From Actinomycetes bacterium (GTDB taxonomy: Bacteria > Actinomycetota > Thermoleophilia > UBA2241), in NCBI GenBank assembly GCA_037131205.1, contig JBAXRL010000001.1:1-46726 (forward strand): a stretch of DNA of 46,726 nucleotides, in the 5' to 3' direction. A program made the translations under genes and the position numbers. Of this stretch, positions 15,581 to 24,885 are shown one piece after another. The notes beneath the pieces are model-generated. The model worked only from the letters and a program-made list of their open reading frames with translations. It searched no databases and was not told where the DNA came from. The stretch's first letter is position 1; every line of letters begins with the position of its first letter.

Positions 15581-17270
15581 GCCCGGACTGTACCACCCAT
15601 CGCGACTCGCGCAGCCCGGCCTGTGGCGAGCGCTCGTCGGGCTCGTCCCCGCGTCCGCCGCCGCCGTGCTTTCTCCGGTAGGCGCGCCACGTGACCGCCC
15701 ACTCCCCGGGCTCCACGAACCTCTCCCACGTGCGGATCCGGCCGCACGCCTGATTGTGAGGCGCCGACGCCAGCAGCTCGGGCCTGTCGTAGGCGTCATC
15801 CACCGAGCGCTTCAGCGCCGCCGCCCAGTAGTCGAGATCCTCCTTCGAGTAGGTCTCGCAGGGCTCCGGCGTGAACGGCTCGGGGACGATCCAGGGGCGA
15901 TGGCTCGTGAACCAGGTCTGCACACCGAAGTCACAGAACCTCGCCTTCATGTCCTCGGTGCCGAAGCCGGTGTCCTCTTTGAGGGCTTCGAAGCTGTAGC
16001 GGATCTGGTCCCAGCGCCGCCGGCCTTCGGCGTATGGATAGCTGACGCCGCGGATCTCGCGGAGCTGGGCTTCAAGGTAGCTGTTGTTGATGATGCTCAC
16101 TTCGGCGACCTCTCTGAGGCCGCGGGCGCCGAGGGACATCGTCCACGCGTAGGCGCGCACGACCACGGCCAGGTTGCCGAGAAACGCGCGCAGCTTGCCG
16201 ATCGCGTGAGGTCGCCGCGAATCGAGGTGGTAGCGGATCCCGTGCTCCGCGGATCCGTCCGCGACGGCGACGATGTGTGGCGCGGGCAGATAAGGTGCGA
16301 GCGCGGCCGTCACCCCGAGGGCGCCGGCGCCGGGCCCCTTGCAGCCGTGAGGGCTACCGAACGTCTTATGAAGATTGAAGTGGCAGGCGTCGAACCCCGC
16401 CTCGCGAGCGCGGCTGACGCCCAGGAGCCCGTTCAGGTTGGCCTGATCGCAGTAGCACAGTGCGCCCGCGTCGTGGGCGGCCTGCGTGTACTCACGGATC
16501 GCGGGGTTGAAGATCCCTGTATCCTCCGGATTTGTGATCATGATGGCCGCGGTGCGCTCGCTCAGCGCCGCCCTCAGCGCCTCCAGATCGGGGTAGCCGT
16601 CGTCGGCGGGCATCAGCGTGATGATCTTGTAGCCTGCAGTGGCAGGGCAGGCGCTGTCGCAGGGATGCGAGAAGATGGTGGTGATCACCTCGTCGCGCCG
16701 GTCCTCGCCCCTCTCGTGGAAGTATTTGCGCGCCATCGCGGCGAAACCGAAGGCCGCCGCGGAGCCCCCACCGGGCTGAAACGAGAAGTCGTCCATGCCG
16801 GAGATCTCGCAGAGCATCCCGGCCATACGGTGGCAGATCTCGAGGATGCCCTGCAGTGAGCCCTCCGGCTGCTCGGGATGCAGTTCCAACACCTTGTGCG
16901 ACCGCACGAGCTGTTCGTTGACCTTGGGGCTGTACTTCATCGTGCACGTGCCTTCGCCGATATCGATGGTCACGTCGATGCCCAGCGTCATCTGCGACAG
17001 ACGCGTGAAGTGACGCAGCACCTGCGGCTGACTGACCTCGGGAAGCGCCGGCGGCGACCTGCGCACAAGAGCCGCGGGGAGCAGATCCTCCGCGGGGGCG
17101 ACGTCCGCCGCCACATCGGTCGCCTGAGGAGGGATGACGCCGCGCTCGCCGGGGCGCCCCATCTCCATGATCAGAGGCTCGTCCCAGCGCATGGCATGAA
17201 AGTCGCGCAGCAGCCCGCCGTCGCGACGCAGAAGCGCATTCCTCGCGAGCTTCTCTTGTGCGTGATTCAT
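15564..17270 (-). CDS. gcvPB: glycine dehydrogenase (aminomethyl-transferring) subunit 2
   Basis: 568 aa with LPEVSQPQVLRHFTRLSQ, GTCTMKYSPK and FNLHKTFGSPHG (PLP-Lys region). It has an ATGA overlap with the gcvPA stop. The C-terminus is about 60 aa longer than usual. Confidence 0.85.
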   Translation of the reverse strand: MNHAQEKLARNALLRRDGGLLRDFHAMRWDEPLIMEMGRPGERGVIPPQATDVAADVAPAEDLLPAALVRRSPPALPEVSQPQVLRHFTRLSQMTLGIDVTIDIGEGTCTMKYSPKVNEQLVRSHKVLELHPEQPEGSLQGILEICHRMAGMLCEISGMDDFSFQPGGGSAAAFGFAAMARKYFHERGEDRRDEVITTIFSHPCDSACPATAGYKIITLMPADDGYPDLEALRAALSERTAAIMITNPEDTGIFNPAIREYTQAAHDAGALCYCDQANLNGLLGVSRAREAGFDACHFNLHKTFGSPHGCKGPGAGALGVTAALAPYLPAPHIVAVADGSAEHGIRYHLDSRRPHAIGKLRAFLGNLAVVVRAYAWTMSLGARGLREVAEVSIINNSYLEAQLREIRGVSYPYAEGRRRWDQIRYSFEALKEDTGFGTEDMKARFCDFGVQTWFTSHRPWIVPEPFTPEPCETYSKEDLDYWAAALKRSVDDAYDRPELLASAPHNQACGRIRTWERFVEPGEWAVTWRAYRRKHGGGGRGDEPDERSPQAGLRESRWVVQSGHDDPD

Positions 17271-18700
17271 GTCAGCACCTCGACCAGTGCCGCGATCAAG
17301 CGATCGATGTCGGCGCGGGTGTGGACCTCGGTGAAACAGTAGAGCGCGCTCTGCCCGAGCCCCGGGTAGTCTCCGGACAGATCGCGACCGCCGAACAGGC
17401 CGCGCCCGAAAAGAGCCTTGTTCACGTCTTTGACGGTCTGACCGGAGTCATCGAAGCAGACCGGGAGCTCCTTGAAGAAGGCGTCGCCCATCGGCAGCGT
17501 CACGCCCGGGATGCGCGCGAGCGCGCGGGCCCCATAGTGAGCGCGTCGGATGATCGTGTCTCCGACCTCGCGCATTCCCTGCGGCCCCATCGTCGCGAGG
17601 TAGACGCCGGCACAGATGGCCCATAGCCCTGTCTGGGTACCGACCCAGTCGGGAGCCTTCTCGCGCTGACCGTAGGATGTACGGCCGCTGAGCAGCTCGC
17701 CGAAGGTGTGCTGGCCCGGCGCCTCGGTCTCGACGATCGTGTAGATGGCGAACGGGCACTCCGTGACGAAGCGGTCGTCGTCGCGAAACGCCATGAAACC
17801 GGAGAGCCCCGTACCGCAGCTCATGTGAATGCCGAGAGGCTGCAGATCGCCGACGGCGATGTCGGCGCCGTAGCTGCCCGGGGACGAGACGATGCCCAAA
17901 GAGATGGGGTCGACCCCGGCGATCGACACGGCGCCGGCGGCGCGCGCGAGGTCGCAGATCTCGGCGGCCGCCGGTTCGAGCTGCCCCAGATAGCCCGGGT
18001 TCTCGAAGTAGACGGCCGCGGTGTCCGCGGACAGACGCCTCCTCAGGTCGTCGAGCAGCATCCGCCCGCTCAGCGGGTCGCAGGCCACCAGGTGGACAGG
18101 CAGATGCCTCTCCATGTACTCGGGCTCGCAGAGCTCGCGGATGATGGACAGGCGCTCCCGGCCGAGGTTCTCGGGGACGAGAACCTCCCGGCGGCCGCTG
18201 ATCCGCGCGGCCATCCGCGCGGCGAAGCCGGCCGCTGAGCCCCAGTCGTACGTGGGCTCGACGACGACCTCGTAGTCGAGCAGCTCGGCCATCAGGCTGT
18301 TGTACTCGAAACGCGCCTGGTGCTTGCCCAGATCCGAGTAGCTGCCGCCGCTGTAAGCGGTCAGGAGCTCGCCACGGCCGACGATCTCGTCGCAGACCGC
18401 GGGCACAAAGTGATTCCAGCAGCCCCCGCCAAGGAAGCTCAGATACTCGGCGCACGATGTGTTGCGCGCGAGGATCCCCTCGACATGCCGCTTGAGATCG
18501 AGCTCCGACGTCAGTGGCTCGGGCAGGTCCAGAAGACGGTCGAGACGGAGGTCGCGGGGGATCTCCTTGAGGATCTCCTCGACGTCGGTGAGCCCTATGT
18601 CGGCGAGCATCTCGCGCTTGACCTCCGGGACCGAGTTGGGGATGTAGGGATGGACGAACGGTCCCATCGCGTCGTGCACCACCGCACCAGCCTTTCGCAT
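17267..18700 (-). CDS. gcvPA: glycine dehydrogenase (aminomethyl-transferring) subunit 1
   Basis: 477 aa with HPYIPNS..REML, FLGGGCWNHFVPAV and the typical GcvPA layout. The ATG at 18667 (MGPFVHPYIPNS) is an alternative start. Confidence 0.85.
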   Translation of the reverse strand: MRKAGAVVHDAMGPFVHPYIPNSVPEVKREMLADIGLTDVEEILKEIPRDLRLDRLLDLPEPLTSELDLKRHVEGILARNTSCAEYLSFLGGGCWNHFVPAVCDEIVGRGELLTAYSGGSYSDLGKHQARFEYNSLMAELLDYEVVVEPTYDWGSAAGFAARMAARISGRREVLVPENLGRERLSIIRELCEPEYMERHLPVHLVACDPLSGRMLLDDLRRRLSADTAAVYFENPGYLGQLEPAAAEICDLARAAGAVSIAGVDPISLGIVSSPGSYGADIAVGDLQPLGIHMSCGTGLSGFMAFRDDDRFVTECPFAIYTIVETEAPGQHTFGELLSGRTSYGQREKAPDWVGTQTGLWAICAGVYLATMGPQGMREVGDTIIRRAHYGARALARIPGVTLPMGDAFFKELPVCFDDSGQTVKDVNKALFGRGLFGGRDLSGDYPGLGQSALYCFTEVHTRADIDRLIAALVEVLT

Positions 18701-18707
18701 CGAGGGG

Positions 18708-18883
18708 GGGTAGCCGGTCAGCTCCTCCTCTGTGTCCGCTCCCGTCGCAGGCGCACGTCATATCGGCCGCGGTGAGCGGCCCGACGACCGCGCCGTGGTG
18801 GGCGCCCCGGAGACCGGCGCCTGACTCCCGCCCTCGCCGGTCCCCGCAGGCAGGGTATCGCAGCGGGAGCTGACCGGCTACCC
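18708..18883 (-). promoter_or_regulatory. perfect 18-bp long-range inverted repeat enclosing a GC-rich ~140-nt segment in the gcvPA leader / divergent promoter region
   Basis: gggtagccggtcagctcc (18708..18725) is the exact reverse complement of ggagctgaccggctaccc (18866..18883). The proximal arm abuts GAGGAGGAG on the gcvPA-sense strand. Confidence 0.6.
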
Positions 18884-18933
18884 TCATCCTGCCGATAGAG
18901 CAGCCGCCCACGCGGCGCGCGGAGAGGAGAGGG

Positions 18934-19896
18934 ATGCCGGCGGACGACGACGTCGAGGCGGCGGAAGCCCACGCGAGGATCAGGGGCGCGGACGGCGCGC
19001 CGCAGGGCGTCGCGGCCGTGGGCCGCGACGCCGCCCTGCGCGCCGTGCAGGTCGCGCTCATCAAGGAGATCGACGAGGCGATCGGCAGGCTCGAGCGCGC
19101 CCACCTCGGCGAGGCGACGCGCGAGCACCTCGAGATCCTGCGCAGCCTGCTCAAGGCGCAGGTGAGCGCCTACCTCGAGCACTTCGTCGCGCGGCGCGCC
19201 ACGCTCTTCTCGCACACCTCGGTGATGTACGCCGGCGAGGCCGGCGAGGCCGGCGTCCTCTCCACGACCTTCCGTGGTCTCCTCGAAGGAGGCGCCTTCA
19301 CCAGCGGTCAGGGAGCACGGCTGGTGCAGCTCATCGGCGACCGCCGCACGCTGGTGGTCTTCGGCGAGCGCGCCACCGGCAAGTCCACGCTGCTCAACTC
19401 CCTCTTCGAGCTCGTCTCTGTGGACGACCGTTTCGTGGCCATCGAGCGCGGCCCTTCCCTGCCCGCTCTGAAGGAGCGCTCGTTCTGCGTGCGACTCGGC
19501 GTGGACGCCGACAGCGACGCTTCCTCCCTGTTCGCCAAGGCCCGGCGCATGGATCCCGGACGACTCGTCGTCGGCGAGATCCACGGCGCGGAGATCCGCG
19601 AATTCTTCACGCTGCTCGCCGAAGACCCCCGCATCGGCGGCATGGCCACCCTTCGCGCCGACAGCGTGAGCCGGGCCGTCGAGGCGATCGTCGCGGCGTT
19701 CGGCGGCGACGACGCCTACGCCCGCGAGGTCGTCGCGCACGTGAAGCCCGCCTTCGTGCACCTGCGCGCGGACGAGACCGGCCGGCCGCGCCTGGCCGCC
19801 ATCTGGAGCATCGCCGGTCTGGTCGACGGCGAGCTCGCCGTGGAGGAGCTGGACACCGGCGCCTCGGCCGCCAGCCTGCTCGTGGCTGAGGCCTGA
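18934..19896 (+). CDS. orphan CpaF/VirB11-family (T2SS/T4SS E-type) ATPase-like protein
   Basis: 320 aa with Walker A GERATGKSTLLNSL, an IERGPSL segment and Walker B-like RLVVGEIHGAE. The His-box region is diverged (GGMATLRADS). No pilus or secretion genes are nearby. Confidence 0.6.
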   Translation: MPADDDVEAAEAHARIRGADGAPQGVAAVGRDAALRAVQVALIKEIDEAIGRLERAHLGEATREHLEILRSLLKAQVSAYLEHFVARRATLFSHTSVMYAGEAGEAGVLSTTFRGLLEGGAFTSGQGARLVQLIGDRRTLVVFGERATGKSTLLNSLFELVSVDDRFVAIERGPSLPALKERSFCVRLGVDADSDASSLFAKARRMDPGRLVVGEIHGAEIREFFTLLAEDPRIGGMATLRADSVSRAVEAIVAAFGGDDAYAREVVAHVKPAFVHLRADETGRPRLAAIWSIAGLVDGELAVEELDTGASAASLLVAEA

Positions 19897-20026
19897 GCGC
19901 CGGCGGCGCCCTCGCGCCGGCCTCGCCGCTCGCGCCTGAGCGGTCAATGTCACCGTCCCGACGCGACAAATGTCACCGCGCGCGGCCATCGTCACCCTTC
20001 ACACCGCGCGCCCCGCGCGGTACGGT

Positions 20027-20056
20027 TTGCCTGTACCCGCCGAGGGCTGGTAGAGT
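20027..20056 (+). promoter_or_regulatory. candidate sigma70-like promoter of the rpsF operon
   Basis: TTGCCT (20027..20032), an 18-nt spacer, then TAGAGT (20051..20056), about 80 nt upstream of rpsF. Confidence 0.4.
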
Positions 20057-20133
20057 GCCCGTTCACGTTGCCGCAAGGCAGCTTGTCACCCCTGCTCCAG
20101 CTTCCGATGCTGGGGCCGCGAAGACCACAGGAG

Positions 20134-20430
20134 GTGATCGCGATCAACAAGTATGAGCTCATGCTCATCGTGAACCCGAACGCGGACGAGGAGCGCCAGA
20201 AGGAGATCGTCGAGCGGCTGCGCGCCACCGTCGAGAAAGGCGCCGGCAACGTCGCCGGCGTCGATGAGTGGGGCAAGAAGAAGCTCGCCTACGAGATCAA
20301 GAAAGAACCCGAAGGCGTCTACACCGTCATCACGTTCACGGCCACTCCCGCCACCCTCGCCGAGGTCGAACGCGTCCTGGGCATCACCGACGAGGTCCTG
20401 CGCTTCATGACCACGCGGCAGAAGTCCTGA
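20134..20430 (+). CDS. rpsF: 30S ribosomal protein S6
   Basis: NKYELMLIVNPNADEERQKEIVERL...KKKLAYEIKKEPEGVY. The start is ambiguous between GTG 20134 and ATG 20107 or 20068 in the same frame. Confidence 0.85.
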   Translation: MIAINKYELMLIVNPNADEERQKEIVERLRATVEKGAGNVAGVDEWGKKKLAYEIKKEPEGVYTVITFTATPATLAEVERVLGITDEVLRFMTTRQKS

Positions 20431-20458
20431 CGACCTTTTCGAGCGAAGGGAATACACC

Positions 20459-20941
20459 GTGCCCAGTTCAGTCAACGTCGTCGTCCTCATCGGCAATCTC
20501 ACGCGCGATCCCGAGCTCCGCGCCACGGCCGGCGGCACGAGCGTGTGCAAGCTCGGCCTGGCCGTGAACGAACGCGCCAAGGATCCCGCCACCGGCGAGT
20601 GGGGCGAGCGGCCGAACTACTTCGATATCGACGTGTTCGGCGCGCAAGGCGAGAGCTGCGCCCAGTACCTCACCAAGGGTCGTCAGGTCGCCGTTGAAGG
20701 CCGCCTGCGCTGGCGGTCCTGGGAGACGCAAGAGGGCCAGAAGCGCTCGGCCGTGAGCGTCGTCGCCAACACCGTCCAGTTCATCGGCCCTCGCGACAGC
20801 GGCGGCCAGGGCGGCGGCGGCTCCTGGAGCGCGGGCGGCCAGTCCGCCGGCGGCCCGGGCGGGCCCGGCTTCAGCAAACCCGGCCCCGACCCCGCCAAGG
20901 ACGACTTCGTCGAGTCGGGCGACGACGACATCCCGTTCTAA
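20459..20941 (+). CDS. ssb: single-stranded DNA-binding protein
   Basis: 160 aa with an OB-fold N-terminus (VNVVVLIGNLTRDPELR), a Gly-rich linker and an acidic tail DDDIPF. Confidence 0.95.
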   Translation: MPSSVNVVVLIGNLTRDPELRATAGGTSVCKLGLAVNERAKDPATGEWGERPNYFDIDVFGAQGESCAQYLTKGRQVAVEGRLRWRSWETQEGQKRSAVSVVANTVQFIGPRDSGGQGGGGSWSAGGQSAGGPGGPGFSKPGPDPAKDDFVESGDDDIPF

Positions 20942-20988
20942 GCTGTAGGTGACGGCGCTCAGCGGAGCGCCACGAGGAGAGCACACGC

Positions 20989-21258
20989 ATGCCCAGTTCC
21001 AGACCAACGCCGCGGCGCGAGAAGAAAGGCAAGGCCGGCGTCGCCGACCCGTCTCGCCGCCGTTCCTGCACTTTCTGCAAGGAGAAGACCGACGAGGTCG
21101 ACTTCAAGGACTTCCCGGCGCTTCGCCGCCTGACGTCCGAGAAGGGCAAGATCCGCTCGCGCCGCATCACCGGCGCCTGCCCGCGCCACCAGAACCAGGT
21201 CGCCGTGGCGGTCAAACGCGCCCGTGAGATGGCGCTCCTGCCCAACGCCGGCCGCTGA
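20989..21258 (+). CDS. rpsR: 30S ribosomal protein S18
   Basis: 89 aa with CTFCKEK..VDFKD...[37 protein letters not shown]. Confidence 0.9.
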   Translation: MPSSRPTPRREKKGKAGVADPSRRRSCTFCKEKTDEVDFKDFPALRRLTSEKGKIRSRRITGACPRHQNQVAVAVKRAREMALLPNAGR

Positions 21259-21268
21259 GGAGGGCTGC

Positions 21269-21715
21269 ATGGAGGTCATCCTGCTCCAGGACGTCGAGAA
21301 CCTCGGCGAAAAAGGTTCACTATCCAACGTGGCCCGGGGCTACGCACGCAACTATCTGATTCCGCGCAAGCTGGCCGAGCCGGCCACCCCCGGCAAGATC
21401 GCCGAGTTCCGGCGCCGCGAAGAAGAGCGCAAGTCGCGCGATGCCCGCATGTCGGTCCAGGCCGAGGAGTACACGGCGACGCTCAACAAGACCGTGCTCA
21501 CGCTGACCGCCAAGGCCGGCGAGGGCGACCGCCTGTTCGGCTCCGTCACGGGCGCCGACGTGGCCGACGCCATCAAGGACGCGCGCGGCTTCACCATCGA
21601 CAAGCGCAAGGTGCTGCTCGAGGAGCCCATCAAGGAGCTCGGTACCTTCATGGTCGACGTCGAGGTGGCAGAGGGTTTCGTCGCCTCGGTCAAGATCATC
21701 GTCACGGCCGAATAG
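21269..21715 (+). CDS. rplI: 50S ribosomal protein L9
   Basis: Trimmed to the ATG at 21269 (SD GAGGAGGG). The protein reads MEVILLQDVENLGEKGSLSNVARGYARNYLIPRKLA. Confidence 0.9.
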   Translation: MEVILLQDVENLGEKGSLSNVARGYARNYLIPRKLAEPATPGKIAEFRRREEERKSRDARMSVQAEEYTATLNKTVLTLTAKAGEGDRLFGSVTGADVADAIKDARGFTIDKRKVLLEEPIKELGTFMVDVEVAEGFVASVKIIVTAE

Positions 21716-21740
21716 CGGCCTGACAGACCAACGTTCTTCC

Positions 21741-21779
21741 GCGACGGGCGGGGGCGGCACAGCCGCCCCCGCCCGTCGC
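21741..21779 (+). terminator. hairpin terminator after rplI
   Basis: gcgacgggcgggggcggc-aca-gccgcccccgcccgtcgc forms a perfect 18-bp stem. Confidence 0.6.
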
Positions 21780-21880
21780 TCGTACGCCGCCTCTCTTCCG
21801 TCACCGGCGGGCGCTATCATGACGGCGCCACGTCGCATAGACTGCGGGTTCCAGACCACCCGCCCGCCCCCGGAGACCAC

Positions 21881-23236
21881 ATGGCCGCCACGCGCCTCGA
21901 GACCGTACCAAGCCATCTCCCACCGCACGACCTCGAGGCCGAGCAGTCGGTGCTCGGCGCCATGCTCGTCAACCCGAACGCCATCACCGCCGTCGCGGAG
22001 TCGCTCTCGGCCGACGACTTCTACCGCGACACGCACCGGCTCATCTACCGCGCGGCGCTCACCCTGTACGACAGGGGCGAGGAGGTCGATGTGGTCACCC
22101 TCAGCGCCCAGCTCGAGCGCGAGGGCGTGCTCGAGCGCGCCGGGGGGCGCGAGCTCGTGCACACGCTGGCCGAGCTCGTGCCGGCGGCGGCCAACGCCGC
22201 CCACTACGCCGGCATCGTCCGCGAGCAGAGCGTGCTGCGCGCCCTCATCCGCGTCGGCAACGAGATCGCGGAGCTCGGCTACCAGCACCCCGGCAACACC
22301 CACGAGCTCCTCGACCGCTGCGAGCAGAAGGTCTTCGCCATCCAGCAGCAGCGGCGCGTCGCCGAGTTCCAGCACATCAAGCAGGTCCTTGTCGCCAACT
22401 TCGAACGCCTCGACCAGATGCAGCAGGGTCGTGGGGTGAGCGGCGTCGCCAGCGGCTTCGAGGGCATCGACAGGCTCACCGGCGGCTTCCAGAAGGCCAA
22501 TCTCATCGTCCTGGCGGCGCGGCCGGGCGTGGGCAAGACCTCTCTGGCCCTCAATATCGCCCAGACCGTGGCCGTCGAGGGCAAGGCGTCGGTGGCCGTC
22601 TTCAGCCTCGAGATGAGCGCCCAGGAGCTCGGCGAGCGCATGATGTGCTCCTCGGCCCGCGTCAGCTCGCACAAGGTGCGCACCGGCAGCCTGTCGGGCG
22701 ACGACTACGCCAAGCTCGTGCAGGCGGCCGGCGAGCTCGAGAAGGCCGATATCTTCATCGACGACACCGCCGGCCTCAACATGTTCGAGCTGCGCGCCAA
22801 GGCGCGCCGCCTGCAAGCCAAGCACGCCCTGTCGCTGGTCATCGTCGACTACCTGCAGCTCATGTCCGGCGACAGCCGCGCCGAGAACCGCCAGCAGGAG
22901 GTCTCCAACATCTCCCGCTCCATGAAGCAACTGGCCCGCGAGCTCGACGTGCCGGTGATCGCCGTCTCGCAGCTCAACCGCTCCCCCGAGGCGCGCGCCG
23001 ACCGCGAGCCGCAGCTCGCCGACCTGCGCGAATCGGGGGCCATCGAGCAGGACGCCGACATGGTCATGTTCCTCTACGAAGACCCCAGCGACCCGGCCTC
23101 CAAGGGCGTCGTCAAGCTCAAGATCGCGAAGCACCGCAACGGCCCGACCGGCTTGGTACGCCTGGGCTTCGTGAGGGACTACACCAAGTTCCGCACGCTC
23201 AGCCAGGCCGAGGACTTCGAGTACGACGGGCAGTAG
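21881..23236 (+). CDS. dnaB: replicative DNA helicase
   Basis: 451 aa with PPHDLEAEQSVLGAML, Walker A AARPGVGKTS, IVDYLQLM and SQLNRSPE. No intein insertion is present. Confidence 0.95.
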   Translation: MAATRLETVPSHLPPHDLEAEQSVLGAMLVNPNAITAVAESLSADDFYRDTHRLIYRAALTLYDRGEEVDVVTLSAQLEREGVLERAGGRELVHTLAELVPAAANAAHYAGIVREQSVLRALIRVGNEIAELGYQHPGNTHELLDRCEQKVFAIQQQRRVAEFQHIKQVLVANFERLDQMQQGRGVSGVASGFEGIDRLTGGFQKANLIVLAARPGVGKTSLALNIAQTVAVEGKASVAVFSLEMSAQELGERMMCSSARVSSHKVRTGSLSGDDYAKLVQAAGELEKADIFIDDTAGLNMFELRAKARRLQAKHALSLVIVDYLQLMSGDSRAENRQQEVSNISRSMKQLARELDVPVIAVSQLNRSPEARADREPQLADLRESGAIEQDADMVMFLYEDPSDPASKGVVKLKIAKHRNGPTGLVRLGFVRDYTKFRTLSQAEDFEYDGQ

Positions 23237-23269
23237 CGCGCGCCGCGTCCGCCGCCGCCGACCACGAGC

Positions 23270-24781
23270 ATGAGCCCTCACCTCACCGCCTTTCAGGTCC
23301 CGTCGCTCGACCCTGTCGCGCTGTTGCGCGAGCTGGGCCTCGAAGGGCGCGCGCCGGTGGCGCTGCTCGATTCGGCCGGCGGGTCGGCGCAGCTGGCCCG
23401 CCGGCACTACCTCGCCTGGAACCCGGTGTTTCGCCTCAGGGTGCGCGGCGGCGTGGTGCGCGTCACCACGGCGCCCGGCGCGGACTGGGACGCGGCGGCG
23501 CGCGAAGTGGCGCGGCAGGCGCGCGCCCTCGAAGCGCTCGAACCCTTCGCGGCGGTCCGCGCCGCCACGCGGCTGGCCGCGCTGCCCGGGGCGCCGCGGC
23601 CGGCCGGGCAGGCGGACCCTCCGCCGGCCGACCCCCCACCCACCCCGGGCGCCGCCATCGACTTCCCCGAGGCGGAGGCCCTCTTCGGCCTGTTCGCCTA
23701 CGACGCCGTGCGCTACCTCGAGCGCCTGCCCGACACCACGCGCGACGATCTGGGCCTGCCGGACATCGACGTCTTCCTGCCCGGCAGGCTGCTGCGCTAC
23801 GACCTGGCCGGCGGCGAAGCGCTGCTGGTCGACCGGCTCTCGGGTGACGCGGCCCGGGCGGGGGAGGCAGGCGCGCGCGTGGGCACAGCCCTCGCCGGCG
23901 CGCGCAACTACGCCCCCGCCGCCCTGCACGGCAACGACCTCTCTGTGTTCCGCTCCAACTTCACGCGCCCCGAGTACGAGGCCGTGGTCGCCCGTACCCG
24001 CGAGTACGTGTACGCCGGCGACATCTTCCAGGCCAACCTGTCGCAGCGCCTCGACGGCATCTACGCGCTGCCGAGCCTGCACCTCTACCAGACGCTGCGC
24101 ACCGTCAACCCCTCGCCCTTCGCCGGGTATCTGCACTTCGGCGACTACGAGCTCATCTCGTCGTCGCCGGAGCGCCTCGTCTCGCTGGACCGGGACGGCT
24201 GGGCAGAGACGCGACCCATCGCCGGCACGCGCCCGCGCGGCGACCGGCGCCCCGAAGACGACGCGCTCGCCGAGGAGCTCAACCTCGACCCCAAGGACCG
24301 CGCCGAGCACATCATGCTCGTCGATCTCGAGCGCAACGACCTCGGCAAGGTCTGCGAGTACGGCACGGTCCGCGTGTCCGAGCTCATGGTCAACGAGTAC
24401 TACTCGCACGTGATCCACATCGTGAGCAACGTGCGCGGGCATCTGCACCCGAGCCGCGACGCCGTCGACCTCACCAAGGCGATGTTCCCCGGCGGCACCA
24501 TCACCGGCTGCCCCAAGGTGCGCTGCATGGAGATCATCGACGAGCTCGAGACCGTGCGCCGCGGGCCCTACACGGGCTCGTTCGGCTGGATCGCCGCGCA
24601 CACCCTCGACCTCAACATCGTGATCCGCACGCTGGTGCGCGTCGGCGACCGGCTGTTTCTGCAGGTCGGCGGGGGCATCGTCGCCGACTCGCTGCCCGAG
24701 CGCGAGCGCAGAGAGACCCTGCACAAAGCGGCCGGTATGCTCCGCGCCGTCAGCGCGGGCATCGCCGAGCAGGCGGGCTGA
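23270..24781 (+). CDS. pabB: aminodeoxychorismate synthase component I (chorismate-binding enzyme family)
   Basis: 503 aa with SSSPERLV, RPIAGTRPRG, AEHIMLVDLERNDLGKV, FPGGTITGCPK and GPYTGSFGW. The assignment as PabB rather than TrpE rests on the adjacent class IV lyase gene. Confidence 0.7.
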   Translation: MSPHLTAFQVPSLDPVALLRELGLEGRAPVALLDSAGGSAQLARRHYLAWNPVFRLRVRGGVVRVTTAPGADWDAAAREVARQARALEALEPFAAVRAATRLAALPGAPRPAGQADPPPADPPPTPGAAIDFPEAEALFGLFAYDAVRYLERLPDTTRDDLGLPDIDVFLPGRLLRYDLAGGEALLVDRLSGDAARAGEAGARVGTALAGARNYAPAALHGNDLSVFRSNFTRPEYEAVVARTREYVYAGDIFQANLSQRLDGIYALPSLHLYQTLRTVNPSPFAGYLHFGDYELISSSPERLVSLDRDGWAETRPIAGTRPRGDRRPEDDALAEELNLDPKDRAEHIMLVDLERNDLGKVCEYGTVRVSELMVNEYYSHVIHIVSNVRGHLHPSRDAVDLTKAMFPGGTITGCPKVRCMEIIDELETVRRGPYTGSFGWIAAHTLDLNIVIRTLVRVGDRLFLQVGGGIVADSLPERERRETLHKAAGMLRAVSAGIAEQAG

Positions 24782-24885
24782 GCCGCGCGCGGTGGCCGCG
24801 GACGGCCGGCGCTCGCCGCGCGCCTCAGGCGACGGCCGCGAGCGCCGGCTGAGCGGCAGCCCGGCCGACGCGATACACTTCCTTC

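Noticed and set aside
18701-18933. Expected glycine riboswitch upstream of gcvPA
   Set aside because: I could not find the conserved GGAGAG, CCGAAGG(A/G)GCAA or CUCAGGC segments on the gcvPA-sense strand. Only the 18-bp inverted repeat is reported.
21881-23236. Checked dnaB for an intein insertion
   Set aside because: The length (451 aa) and uninterrupted motif order are those of an intein-free DnaB.
21320-24724. 1134-aa ORF on the minus strand, the longest in the track
   Set aside because: It lies antisense to dnaB and pabB, which have unmistakable motifs. Its translation is Arg/Gly/Ala/Val-rich low-complexity sequence with no recognisable domains, a typical high-GC shadow ORF.
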